Shown: positions 8,769-18,211, counted from the stretch's first letter. The stretch: 45,296 bases of DNA from Chthoniobacterales bacterium (GCA_040880825.1 JBBEEK010000020.1:1-45296), one strand, 5' to 3'. Translations and numbers: made by a program. The notes: generated by a model not told the origin, from the letters alone.

Positions 8769-9787
8769 GCAAAAAAGCCATCCTCCTCCTCAACTTGGGA
8801 TCTCCCAAGTCGACCAAGACTTCCGACGTGCGGGCTTACCTGCGCGAGTTTCTTTCCGACGGGCGCGTGCTCGACGTCAATCCTGTGCTCCGCGCCATCG
8901 TGCTGAATCTTTTCATTCTCCCGTTCCGCCCGCGCAAGAGCGCCGCGGCTTACCGCACGGTGTGGACCGACGAAGGCTCACCGCTCATCGTGACGAGCCG
9001 GCGGCAGCGCGATCTTTTGCAAGCCCGCACGGAGGTGCCGGTTCACCTCGCCATGCGCTACGGCGACCCTTCGGTGCCGGATGTGCTGAAGCAGATGGTG
9101 GCCGACGGGACGGAAGAATTGTTCATCGTCCCGCTTTATCCGCACTATGCCATGTCGAGTTACGAGACGGCGGTGGTGCAGGTCATGGAAGAGGTGGCGC
9201 GGCAGAAGTCTCCGATCAAGACCACCTTGTTGCAGCCCTATTACAACGACCCCGATTATATCGCGGCGCTGGCCGACGCCGCGGCGCCGCATTTGCAGCA
9301 GGACTATGACGCGTTGGTCTTCAGCTATCACGGCGTGCCCGAGCGTCATCTGCGCAAGAGCGATCCCTCGCATGCGCATTGTTTGACGGTGCCCGACTGC
9401 TGTCACTGCGCCAGCCCCTCGCATGCCACCTGTTACCGCCACCAATGCGTACGCACCATGGAGTTGCTGATCGAAAAGCTGGGTATCCCGCGGGAAAAAA
9501 CCGTGTTGGCCTTCCAGTCCCGTCTGGGCCGCGATCCGTGGCTGACCCCGCAGACGGATGTGACGGTCGAGCGCCTCGGTCACGAGGGCAAAAAGAAGTT
9601 GCTCGTGATTTGTCCGTCCTTCGTCACCGACTGCCTCGAAACGCTCGAGGAAGTCGCCGAGGGCTGCAAAGAGACGTTCGAAGAGGCCGGCGGCGAGCAC
9701 CTGGAGTTGATCCCGTGTCTCAACGAGACCCCGCGCTGGATCGACTTCCTGGCCAATCGTTGCCATCGCTGGGCGGCGGCGGAGTAG
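8765..9787 (+). CDS. hemH: ferrochelatase
   Basis: GTG 8765 overlaps the hemY stop (GTGA 8765-8768). N-terminus KKAILLLNLGSP and overall ferrochelatase-like sequence. The track ORF start 8648 lies inside hemY. Confidence 0.9.
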   Translation: MSKKAILLLNLGSPKSTKTSDVRAYLREFLSDGRVLDVNPVLRAIVLNLFILPFRPRKSAAAYRTVWTDEGSPLIVTSRRQRDLLQARTEVPVHLAMRYGDPSVPDVLKQMVADGTEELFIVPLYPHYAMSSYETAVVQVMEEVARQKSPIKTTLLQPYYNDPDYIAALADAAAPHLQQDYDALVFSYHGVPERHLRKSDPSHAHCLTVPDCCHCASPSHATCYRHQCVRTMELLIEKLGIPREKTVLAFQSRLGRDPWLTPQTDVTVERLGHEGKKKLLVICPSFVTDCLETLEEVAEGCKETFEEAGGEHLELIPCLNETPRWIDFLANRCHRWAAAE

Positions 9788-9950
9788 GTCAGACGGTCCG
9801 CCGGGCCAGCGAACCCTATCGGGGGTGTCGCAAATAACCGCTGCCAAGCAGCCCCAAATTTGCCACTATCCTGCGGATTGCCACCGCGGCCCCGCATGTC
9901 AGACTGGGAGGCCACAGGTGAAGGACAACATCGCATTTTCGCCCGCCGAC

Positions 9951-10928
9951 ATGGCTCACCCGCAAAAACTTACCGGCCTGGTCACCGTGATGGTCCCTGT
10001 CTACAATGAGGCGGAGGCGGTCGGTCCGCTTTATGATGCGACCCGCCGGGTGCTTGGTCAGCTCGGGCGCCCGTGGGAATTGATCTTCATCAACGACGGG
10101 AGCACCGATGCGTCCGGCCGCAAGCTCGACGAGATCGCCGCGGGTGACCCGCAGGTGCGCGTGCTGCACTTCCGGCGCAACTTCGGGCAGACCGCGGCGA
10201 TGATGGCCGGGTTCGACCATGCGCGCGGCGAGGTCATCATCCCGATGGACGGCGACCGGCAGAACGATCCGGCAGACATCCCGCGGATGCTGGAGAAAAT
10301 CGACGAGGGCTATGACGTGGTCAGCGGCTGGCGCAAGGACCGTCAGGACAACGCGCTGCACCGCAATATCCCGAGCATCATGGCCAACCGCCTCATTTCG
10401 GCGGTGAGCGGCGTGCAACTGCACGACTTCGGCTGTTCGCTCAAGGCCTACCGGGCGGAGGTCATCAAGGGGGTGCGTCTTTACGGGGAAATGCACCGCT
10501 TCCTGCCGATCTACGCGAAATGGCACGGCGCGCGCATCATCGAGTTGCCGGTCAACCACCACGCGCGCAACACGGGTTCGTCGAAATACGGGTTGGAGCG
10601 CGTGGTTAAAGTGCTCTTCGACCTGCTGACGGTGAAGTTCATGGACAAATTCATGCTCAAGCCGATGTATCTTTTCGGTTTCTGGGGTTTGCTTTTCTTC
10701 CTCGCGTCCGGCGGTTTCAGCATCTGGACTTTGTATATGCGGACCCACGGCTATTTCTTCACCGACACCCCGCTGCCCATGATGGCGGTGTTTTCTTTCA
10801 TGACCGGCATCATTTGCGTGTTGATGGGGCTGCTGGCCGAGATGATCACGCGCACCTTTTACGAGGCGCAGGACAAGCCGACTTACCTGCTGCGCGCGAC
10901 GCGCAATCCGCATCCGGCGGACGGCTAA
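9951..10928 (+). CDS. family 2 glycosyltransferase, polyprenyl-phosphate glycosyltransferase-like (GtrB/ArnC/DPM1 type)
   Basis: VMVPVYNE, NDGSTD and PMDGDRQNDP motifs plus two C-terminal TM helices. ATG 9951; GTG 9918, preceded by GGGAGG at 9906-9911, is an alternative start. Confidence 0.85.
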   Translation: MAHPQKLTGLVTVMVPVYNEAEAVGPLYDATRRVLGQLGRPWELIFINDGSTDASGRKLDEIAAGDPQVRVLHFRRNFGQTAAMMAGFDHARGEVIIPMDGDRQNDPADIPRMLEKIDEGYDVVSGWRKDRQDNALHRNIPSIMANRLISAVSGVQLHDFGCSLKAYRAEVIKGVRLYGEMHRFLPIYAKWHGARIIELPVNHHARNTGSSKYGLERVVKVLFDLLTVKFMDKFMLKPMYLFGFWGLLFFLASGGFSIWTLYMRTHGYFFTDTPLPMMAVFSFMTGIICVLMGLLAEMITRTFYEAQDKPTYLLRATRNPHPADG

Positions 10929-10941
10929 CCGTATCCCGTCC

Positions 10942-12783
10942 ATGTGCGGCATCGCGGGATTTGTCGGACCGGGCACGCGGGAGGACCTCGTGCGCATGAC
11001 CGGACGTCTGACCGACCGCGGTCCGGACGACGAGGGCTACGCGGAAAATGACGGCGTCTTTCTCGGTCACCGCCGTCTGAGCATCCTCGATCTGGCGGGC
11101 GGGGCGCAGCCGATGTGGAACGCGGCGGGGACGCTGGGCATCGTTTTCAACGGCGAGATTTACAACTTCGCCGAATTGCGGAAGGAGTTGGAGGCCGACG
11201 GGGAAGCTTTCCGCACCGATCATTCCGACACCGAGGTGCTGCTGGCCGCCTACGCGCGCTGGGGGGACGGCATGGTCGACCGGCTGAACGGCATGTGGGC
11301 CTTCGTCATTCACGACCGCCGGCGAAAGCGTCTCTTCGGCAGCCGCGACCGTTTCGGGAAAAAGCCGTTTTTTTATCATCATGCGGCGGCGTCCGGTCTG
11401 TTTGCCTTCGCCTCCGAGTTGGACGCCTTGCTGGCCCATCCGGAGGTGCCGCGCGGAATCAATGCCGCGGCGGTGCGCAAGTATTTCGCCTACGGGTATG
11501 TCCCGGCGCCGTTGGCCATGACCGACGGCGCGCGGCAGTTGCCCGGCGCGCATTGTTTGTCCTTCGATTTGGCCCGCGGGGAGTTGCGGGTCTGGCCTTA
11601 CTGGGATTACCAACCGGCGCCGGAGGAAGGCGGCACGATTGCCGGGCGCGCCGAGGAATTGCGGGCCTTGCTGGCCGCCGCGGTGCGGCGGCGGATGGTC
11701 GCCGACGTGCCGCTCGGGGTTTTTCTCAGCGGCGGGATCGATTCCTCGCTGGTCGCGGCGTTGGCGGCCAAGGAATTGCCGGCCGGCGAACTGCGCACCT
11801 TCAGCATTGGTTTCGACGAGCCGAGCTATGACGAACTTCCTTTCGCGGCGCAGGCGGCGCAGTGGATCGGCACGCGGCACCGCACGGAAACGCTCGGTCT
11901 GGAGGGTGCGCGCCGGTTGTTGCCGGAGATCTACGCGCGACTCGACCAGCCCAATGGCGACAGCTCCCTCTTGCCGACCTATTTGCTCTGCCAATTCACG
12001 CGGCGCGAGGTGACGGTGGCGCTGGGGGGCGACGGCGGCGACGAGTTGTTTGCCGGCTACGAACCTTTCCGCGCGTTGCGGTTTGCGTCGGCTTACCGCC
12101 GTTTCGTCCCGGCGGCCCTGCATCCGGCGATCATCGCCTTGGCCGACCGCCTGCCGGTCTCGCACCGCTATCTGAGCCTCGATTTTGCGGCCAAGCGCTT
12201 CGTCCGCGGGGCCTCCGGGCCGCCCTCGCGCTGGATTCCGACGTGGATGGCGGGGATGGATCTGCCCGACTGGCGCGAGTGCTTCGGTGCGGCGGATCCC
12301 GAGGAAATTTTCTCCGAAGCGATCGAGGCCTGGGATGGTATCCGCAGCGATGACCCGGTGGAGAAGGCCACGGGATTTTTCATCCGCCTTTACCTGCAGG
12401 ACAGCGTGCTGGCCAAGGTCGACCGCGCCAGCATGATGAACGGCCTCGAGGTGCGCGCCCCGTTCCTCGATCTCGACGTGGTCAATTTTGCCCGGCGGAT
12501 CCCGTCGTCATGGCGGCTGCGCGGCGGCACGACCAAATACCTGCTGAAGGAAGCGGCCCGCGGTCTGTTGCCCGACGAGATCATCGACCGCAAGAAAAAG
12601 GGCTTCGGCGTGCCGGTCGGCGCGTGGTTCCGCGACGGGGCGCTGCGGATCGATCCGGAAGTCATGCCGTGTCCGGCGGTGGCGCGGCGTCTGCAGGACG
12701 AGCATGTGGCCGGCCGGCGGAATCACCGGTTGTTTTTGTGGAACGCGTGGGTTTACGGGGAATGGAAAAAGGCGCACGGATGA
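10942..12783 (+). CDS. asnB: asparagine synthase (glutamine-hydrolysing) family amidotransferase
   Basis: MCGIAG N-terminal nucleophile Cys and PP-loop SGGIDSS. 613 aa. Confidence 0.9.
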   Translation: MCGIAGFVGPGTREDLVRMTGRLTDRGPDDEGYAENDGVFLGHRRLSILDLAGGAQPMWNAAGTLGIVFNGEIYNFAELRKELEADGEAFRTDHSDTEVLLAAYARWGDGMVDRLNGMWAFVIHDRRRKRLFGSRDRFGKKPFFYHHAAASGLFAFASELDALLAHPEVPRGINAAAVRKYFAYGYVPAPLAMTDGARQLPGAHCLSFDLARGELRVWPYWDYQPAPEEGGTIAGRAEELRALLAAAVRRRMVADVPLGVFLSGGIDSSLVAALAAKELPAGELRTFSIGFDEPSYDELPFAAQAAQWIGTRHRTETLGLEGARRLLPEIYARLDQPNGDSSLLPTYLLCQFTRREVTVALGGDGGDELFAGYEPFRALRFASAYRRFVPAALHPAIIALADRLPVSHRYLSLDFAAKRFVRGASGPPSRWIPTWMAGMDLPDWRECFGAADPEEIFSEAIEAWDGIRSDDPVEKATGFFIRLYLQDSVLAKVDRASMMNGLEVRAPFLDLDVVNFARRIPSSWRLRGGTTKYLLKEAARGLLPDEIIDRKKKGFGVPVGAWFRDGALRIDPEVMPCPAVARRLQDEHVAGRRNHRLFLWNAWVYGEWKKAHG

Positions 12784-13928
12784 AGATCCTCGTGGTCAAC
12801 TACGAGTATCCGCCGGTCGGCGGCGGCGGCGGTCGGGTCTCCGCGCAAGTGGCCGTCGAGTTGGCGCGGCGCGGCCACGAAGTGCGCGTGCAGACGGCGC
12901 GGGCCGGGGACTTGCCGTCGCGTCAGGTGACATCCGGGGTGGATGTGCGGCGGGTTTTTTCTTTCCGCGGCAAACCCGACACGTGTTCGGTGTCCGAGAT
13001 GGCCGGTTATGTCGTGACCAATGCGCTGCCGGTCTGGCAGGCCGCGCGCACGTGGCGGCCCGATGTGATGCATGTGCATTTCGCCGTGCCGACCGGTCCG
13101 GTGGCGTGGCTGGCGCACCGCTTGACCGGTGTGCCGTATGTCTTGACCGCGCACCTCGGCGACGTGCCGGGCGGCGCCCCGGAGCAGACCGACCATTTGT
13201 TCCGCATCGTGAAACCGTTCACCGGCATGATCTGGCGTGACGCCGCGGCGGTCACGGCGGTGAGCACGCACGTGGCGGAGTTGGCCGAGGCATCTTACGG
13301 AATACGTCCGGTGGTGATCTTGAACGGCGTGGCGGGCTGCGCGCCGGAACCTCCGATGCCTGCGGCGGACGGCGTATTGAGGTTGCTCTTTGCCGGGCGC
13401 ATGAGTGTGCAAAAGAATCCGGTGTTCCTGGCCAAAGTGCTCGGAGCGTTGCGCGGCCGGCCCTGGCGGGCGGTCTTGCTGGGGGACGGACCTCTGCGCG
13501 GTGCCCTCGAGGAGGAATTGCGGCGGAAGGAAGTGGACGGCCAGTGCAAGATGCACGGCTGGGCGGATGAAAAGGCCGTCCGTGCGGCCATGGATTCCTC
13601 GGATGTTTTGCTCATGCCGTCCTTGTCGGAGGGTTTGCCGGTGGTGGCGGTGGAGGCGGTGGCGCGCGGATTGGCGATCTGCGGCAGTGCGATCCCGGGA
13701 TTGCGCGATGTGTTGGAAGACGGCGTCAACGGGTGGGCCTGCCCGGTGAACGATGAGCCGGCGTGGGTGCGCGCTTTGGAGCAAGCGATGAATGACCGTG
13801 CCGTGCTGCGGCGGAGGCAGGAGGAAAGCCTGCGGATCGCGGCCAAGTTCGATCTGGCGGCGGTGGTCGACGCGTATGAGGGGACGTTGCGCGGGGTGGC
13901 GGAGGGCCGGGGAACTTTGCGGGCCTGA
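12780..13928 (+). CDS. family 4 (GT-B) glycosyltransferase
   Basis: ATG 12780 overlaps the asnB stop (ATGA). MKILVVNYEYPPVGGGGG N-terminus and EX7E-type motif SEGLPVVAVEA. Confidence 0.85.
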   Translation: MKILVVNYEYPPVGGGGGRVSAQVAVELARRGHEVRVQTARAGDLPSRQVTSGVDVRRVFSFRGKPDTCSVSEMAGYVVTNALPVWQAARTWRPDVMHVHFAVPTGPVAWLAHRLTGVPYVLTAHLGDVPGGAPEQTDHLFRIVKPFTGMIWRDAAAVTAVSTHVAELAEASYGIRPVVILNGVAGCAPEPPMPAADGVLRLLFAGRMSVQKNPVFLAKVLGALRGRPWRAVLLGDGPLRGALEEELRRKEVDGQCKMHGWADEKAVRAAMDSSDVLLMPSLSEGLPVVAVEAVARGLAICGSAIPGLRDVLEDGVNGWACPVNDEPAWVRALEQAMNDRAVLRRRQEESLRIAAKFDLAAVVDAYEGTLRGVAEGRGTLRA

Positions 13929-13930
13929 GA

Positions 13931-15010
13931 TCAGTCGCCGAGGAAGAGGCCCAGGGCGCGGGCGTGGCGGAGGATCTGGGTGTCGGGGGCAACATTGCGG
14001 CGGCGGCCGACGGCGTCGGCGAGGGCCACGTCGGTGACCGAACCGAAGCGGTAGCTGACCATGCGGCCGAACATGCCGTCGGCGGCCAACTCGACGGCGC
14101 GCACGCCGAATTGCTGTCCGAGCACGCGATCGAATGCGGTGGGTGGGCCGCCGCGCTGGAGGTGCCCGAGGACACATGAGCGGGTCTCGCGGCCGGTGCG
14201 GGCGGCAACGAGCGATTCGACGTAGGCGGAGATACCGCCGAGGCGGCTGTCGCCGGTGGACGTGCGGCGGCGGATCTGGCGTCCGCTGCCGGCGTGCGCG
14301 CCCTCGGCAACGACGGCCACGAGGGAGCGTTGCTCGCGGCGGTCGGCTTCCTTGATGCAGCGGATCAGAGCATCGCCGTCGAAGGGGATTTCGGGAATGA
14401 GGGCGAGGTCGGCCCCGCCGGCCACGGCGCCGTGGAGGGCGAGCCACCCGGTGTGGCGTCCCATCACTTCGAGCACCATGAGGCGCCGGTGACTTTCGGC
14501 CGTGGTGCGCAATTCCTCGACGGCGGTGGCCACGCGGGCGACCGCGGTGTCGAAGCCGAAAGTGACGTCGGTCGAATCGATGTCATTGTCGATCGTCTTG
14601 GGCACGCCGAGCACGGCGAGTCCTGCCCGCGAGAGTTGCAGGGCGGTGCGCAACGAGCCGTCGCCGCCGAGAACGATCAGCGCCCCGGCGCGCTGCTGTT
14701 CGAGGGCGGCGCGGGTCGCGCGGATGAGCGGTTCGGGCAGAACGGTCTGACCACCGGGATTGCGGCGGGTCTGGAAGCGTCCTTTGTTGGTCGAGCCGAG
14801 GATGGTGCCGCCGGTGCCGGCGATACCGCGCGTGTTCTCCGGGGTGAGGAGTCGTGCCCGGGAGGGATCGAGCAGGCCTTCGTAGCCCTCGGTGAAGCCG
14901 ACGACTTCAATCTGGCGGCGGGCGGCGGCGCAAACGACCCCGCGGATGACGGCGTTGAGTCCCGCGCAGTCGCCGCCGGCGGTGAGGATGCCGAGACGCG
15001 GCGCGGCCAT
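13931..15010 (-). CDS. pfkA: 6-phosphofructokinase (phosphoryl donor uncertain)
   Basis: GILTAGGDCAGLNAVIRG, GGDGS, PKTIDNDI, MGRHTGWLAL. 359 aa. Confidence 0.9.
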   Translation of the reverse strand: MAAPRLGILTAGGDCAGLNAVIRGVVCAAARRQIEVVGFTEGYEGLLDPSRARLLTPENTRGIAGTGGTILGSTNKGRFQTRRNPGGQTVLPEPLIRATRAALEQQRAGALIVLGGDGSLRTALQLSRAGLAVLGVPKTIDNDIDSTDVTFGFDTAVARVATAVEELRTTAESHRRLMVLEVMGRHTGWLALHGAVAGGADLALIPEIPFDGDALIRCIKEADRREQRSLVAVVAEGAHAGSGRQIRRRTSTGDSRLGGISAYVESLVAARTGRETRSCVLGHLQRGGPPTAFDRVLGQQFGVRAVELAADGMFGRMVSYRFGSVTDVALADAVGRRRNVAPDTQILRHARALGLFLGD

Positions 15011-15015
15011 GGGGG

Positions 15016-15933
15016 TCAGAGGGAGGTGCGCTTGCCGACCGGCCGGCCTTGTTCTTGCCAGCGTTGGTGGAGATCCCAGCCGCGACGGATCATGGACGCG
15101 CCTTCGCCGAAGCGGTCGGGCGAGCCGAGCAGCACGAGGACCAGGCGGCGCGGGATGGCGACTTTCTGGCCTTGCGGGTTGGTCACGGCGAGCGGTTCGC
15201 GGCTGGCGGCGAGCACGAGGCAGTCGCCGGCGCGGCCGGTGCGCCCGGTCTTGACGCCCTCGATGCCGTCCTGCCCGAGCAGTTCATTGGTGTTGCGCAA
15301 CTGGAAGGAGCGCGGGAAGCCGTCCGCCCCCTCGATGGTGATCTCACGCACCGGTTGCGAGGCATAGAAGTTGAATCCGCCATGGCTGTAAGCGTAGCGG
15401 GTCAGCCGCGCCATGTCGGCCGCGGTCGAATGCGGCGGCGGTGTCATATTATCCAGCCCGTGCGGGTTGAGGAAGAGGGTGCGCTTCATGCCGAGCTTGC
15501 GGGCCAGCGCATTCATTTGCGCGGTGAAATTTTCCACCGGCGTCAGGCCCTGCGGGTTGGGCAGGCGCGAACCGACGTTGTACGCGAGGGTGTAAGCCGC
15601 GTGGTTGTCGGACTGCATCATGGCGGCGGAAACGAGGTCGCGCAGGGAGGCGCGGTCGCCGGGCTGGAGACCGCAGGGATTGGCCCCGCCCACGCCGGTG
15701 ATGCCGGGCGGGACTTCGACGGCGGCGGCCATGGAGGTGCCGGTGGCTTCGGACCAGTCGAGGACGGCCATGGCGGTGGCGATTTTGGTCAGGCTGGCGA
15801 CTTGGCGTTTGGCGTTGGGATTTCCGGAGGCGAGGATGTGGCCGGTGTCATTGTCGACCATGATCCAACTCTCGGCGGCGATGGCGACCGAGGCGAAAAC
15901 GAAGAGGAGGGGGCAGAGAAGAATTCGTCGCAT
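15016..15933 (-). CDS. D-alanyl-D-alanine carboxypeptidase (peptidase S11)
   Basis: Signal peptide, SxxK (SLTK), SxN (SDN), KTG (KTGRT). 305 aa. Ends 5 nt before the pfk start. Confidence 0.85.
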   Translation of the reverse strand: MRRILLCPLLFVFASVAIAAESWIMVDNDTGHILASGNPNAKRQVASLTKIATAMAVLDWSEATGTSMAAAVEVPPGITGVGGANPCGLQPGDRASLRDLVSAAMMQSDNHAAYTLAYNVGSRLPNPQGLTPVENFTAQMNALARKLGMKRTLFLNPHGLDNMTPPPHSTAADMARLTRYAYSHGGFNFYASQPVREITIEGADGFPRSFQLRNTNELLGQDGIEGVKTGRTGRAGDCLVLAASREPLAVTNPQGQKVAIPRRLVLVLLGSPDRFGEGASMIRRGWDLHQRWQEQGRPVGKRTSL

Positions 15934-15975
15934 GGCCGTGGGAGGATAAAATTACCCTCTGTCCCGCGAAAATCA

Positions 15976-17241
15976 ATGCCTTCCACCCGCAGCGGCCATT
16001 GCCCCCGGGCCGCGGCGCTGCTTTACTGGAGGACTGTGAGCTCCCAGTCGTTCGACTCTATCGACGCCGTCCTCAAAGACATCCGCGCCGGCAAAATGGT
16101 CATCGTGACCGATGATGCGGAGCGGGAGAACGAGGGCGACTTGGTCATGGCCGCGTCCAAAGTGACCCCCGAGGCGGTCAACTTCATGGCCAAGCACGGG
16201 CGCGGTTTGATCTGTGTGCCGCTGACCGAGCTGCGCGCGCGCCAGCTGGGCTTGCAGCGCATGGTGGCGCACAACCGCGAACTGCACCGCACGGATTTCA
16301 CGGTCTCGGTCGATGCCGCGCAGGGCATCACCACGGGGATCAGCGCCCGCGACCGGGCCAAAACGATCAAGACGCTGGCGGGGAGCAAGAGCAGTCCGGC
16401 GGAACTGACCGAGCCCGGCCACGTCTTTCCGCTGCAAGCCCGGGAAGGCGGGGTCTTGCAGCGGGCCGGGCACACCGAAGCGGCTGTCGATCTGGCGCGG
16501 TTGGCGGGGCTTGATGCCACGGGGGTGATTTGCGAGATCCTCAACGAGGACGGATCGATGGCGCGGTTGCCGGACTTGTGGAAGTTCCGCCGCAAACACA
16601 AGCTCAAGATCTGTTCGATCCGCGACCTCATTGCCTTTCGCCGTCGCCGGGAGAAGCTCGTCGAGCGCGAGCAATGCGTGAAGTTGCCGACCGACTACGG
16701 CGATTTTGATTTGTATCTTTACCGTTCGCTGACCGATGGCGCGCACCATCTGGCGCTGGTGCACGGCAAGATCGACCCGAAGAAGCCGGTCTTGGTGCGC
16801 GTGCACAGCGAGTGCCTGACGGGCGATGTTTTCGGTTCGCGCCGCTGCGATTGCGGATCGCAGTTGCACCAGGCGATGAAGCAGATCGCGGAGCACGGCT
16901 CCGGCGTGCTGGTTTACATGCGGCAGGAAGGGCGCGGGATCGGCCTGCCGGCGAAAATCCATGCTTACCGCCTGCAGGAAGAGGAGGGGCTGGACACGGT
17001 GCAGGCCAACCAGCGTTTGGGCTTCCCGATGGACTTGCGCGAATACGGGCTGGGGGCGCAGATTTTGTCCGACCTCGGCGTGCGCAAGATCCGCCTGCTG
17101 ACCAACAACCCGCGCAAGATGGTCGGCTTGTCCGGCCACGGGTTGGAGATCGCCGGCCGCGAGCCGATCAAGGTGAAGCCGCACGCGCAGAACCAGCGCT
17201 ATCTGCGGACCAAGAAGCGGAAGATGGGCCATCTTCTCTGA
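15976..17241 (+). CDS. ribBA: bifunctional 3,4-dihydroxy-2-butanone-4-phosphate synthase / GTP cyclohydrolase II
   Basis: DHBP synthase half (VTDDAERENEGDL) and GCH-II half (VRVHSECLTGDVFGSRRCDCG). ATG 15976; GTG 16036 (VSSQSFDSIDAV) fits typical N-termini at least as well. Track ORF start 15049 is antisense shadow of dac. Confidence 0.9.
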   Translation: MPSTRSGHCPRAAALLYWRTVSSQSFDSIDAVLKDIRAGKMVIVTDDAERENEGDLVMAASKVTPEAVNFMAKHGRGLICVPLTELRARQLGLQRMVAHNRELHRTDFTVSVDAAQGITTGISARDRAKTIKTLAGSKSSPAELTEPGHVFPLQAREGGVLQRAGHTEAAVDLARLAGLDATGVICEILNEDGSMARLPDLWKFRRKHKLKICSIRDLIAFRRRREKLVEREQCVKLPTDYGDFDLYLYRSLTDGAHHLALVHGKIDPKKPVLVRVHSECLTGDVFGSRRCDCGSQLHQAMKQIAEHGSGVLVYMRQEGRGIGLPAKIHAYRLQEEEGLDTVQANQRLGFPMDLREYGLGAQILSDLGVRKIRLLTNNPRKMVGLSGHGLEIAGREPIKVKPHAQNQRYLRTKKRKMGHLL

Positions 17242-17277
17242 TTGCCGCGGGGGGCGCCTTTCTGCGACAAAGGATGC

Positions 17278-17772
17278 ATGTCGACCAAGCTGCCGACCCG
17301 GCCGGCCAAGTTCCATCTGGCCAGCGTTCCACGTTTCGCCATCGTGGCCAGCGAATACAATGCGGATTTCGTCCAGGCGTTGGTCAACAACGCGTGCAAG
17401 GAGCTTTATGTCCTCGATGCCAACTGTGCCATCGAGCTTTTCGGCACACCCGGCTCATTCGAGATCCCGGTGGTTGCGGAAATGGTCGCGGCGCAGCGCC
17501 GCCATGATGTCATAATCGCCCTCGGCCTGATCCTGCAGGGCCGGACAAAGCACGCCGAGTTCATCGGCTCGAGCGTGAGCCACGCGCTGCAGCAGGTCGC
17601 GCTCAAGCACGCGGTGCCCGTGATCCACGGGGTGTTGCTGGTGGCCGATGAGAACGAGGCCCGCGAGCGGTGCATCGACAAGGAGCTCAACCGCGGGATC
17701 GAGTCCGCACGCGCGGCCTTTGTCATGCTGCGGGTGTGCGAGGAACTGAAAAACAAGAAAGCCGCGCGCTGA
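17278..17772 (+). CDS. ribH: 6,7-dimethyl-8-ribityllumazine synthase
   Basis: PRFAIVASEYNADF, GSFEIPV. ATG 17278 is preferred over the track start 17242. Confidence 0.9.
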   Translation: MSTKLPTRPAKFHLASVPRFAIVASEYNADFVQALVNNACKELYVLDANCAIELFGTPGSFEIPVVAEMVAAQRRHDVIIALGLILQGRTKHAEFIGSSVSHALQQVALKHAVPVIHGVLLVADENEARERCIDKELNRGIESARAAFVMLRVCEELKNKKAAR

Positions 17773-17780
17773 CCTTTCCC

Positions 17781-18209
17781 GTGCCGAAAGAAAACCGACG
17801 CCAAGCCCGGATCCAAGCCGTGCAGCAACTCTACGCCCGCGAGATGCGTGGCGTGCTGGTCGCGGCGGGCGGCACGGACGAACCGATGGGGCCGATCGAG
17901 GGGGAAGCATCGCCATTCGCCGAGGATCTCGTCGCGCAGGCCCTCGGACGGTTGGAGGAGATCGACCGTCTGCTGGTTGCGGCGCTGCAAAACTGGGATC
18001 TGCGCCGCCTCGGTGCGGTCGACCGTGCCATCCTGCGCCTGGCGGTGGCCGAGATGCTGGTGCATCCGGACATTCCGGCCGCGGTGACGATCAACGAAGC
18101 CATCGAAATTGCGCGCAGTCTGGCCTCGACCGAGTCGGCGCGCTTCGCCAACGGCGTGCTCGACCGCGTGCGCAAGGAAATCGGGCGCGATCCGCGCGCG
18201 GTGTCCTGA
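17781..18209 (+). CDS. nusB: transcription antitermination factor NusB
   Basis: GTG 17781 just after the ribH stop. RRQARIQAVQQLY, AVDRAILRLAVAEM, INEAIEIAR. Conserved ribH-nusB synteny. Confidence 0.87.
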   Translation: MPKENRRQARIQAVQQLYAREMRGVLVAAGGTDEPMGPIEGEASPFAEDLVAQALGRLEEIDRLLVAALQNWDLRRLGAVDRAILRLAVAEMLVHPDIPAAVTINEAIEIARSLASTESARFANGVLDRVRKEIGRDPRAVS

Positions 18210-18211
18210 CC

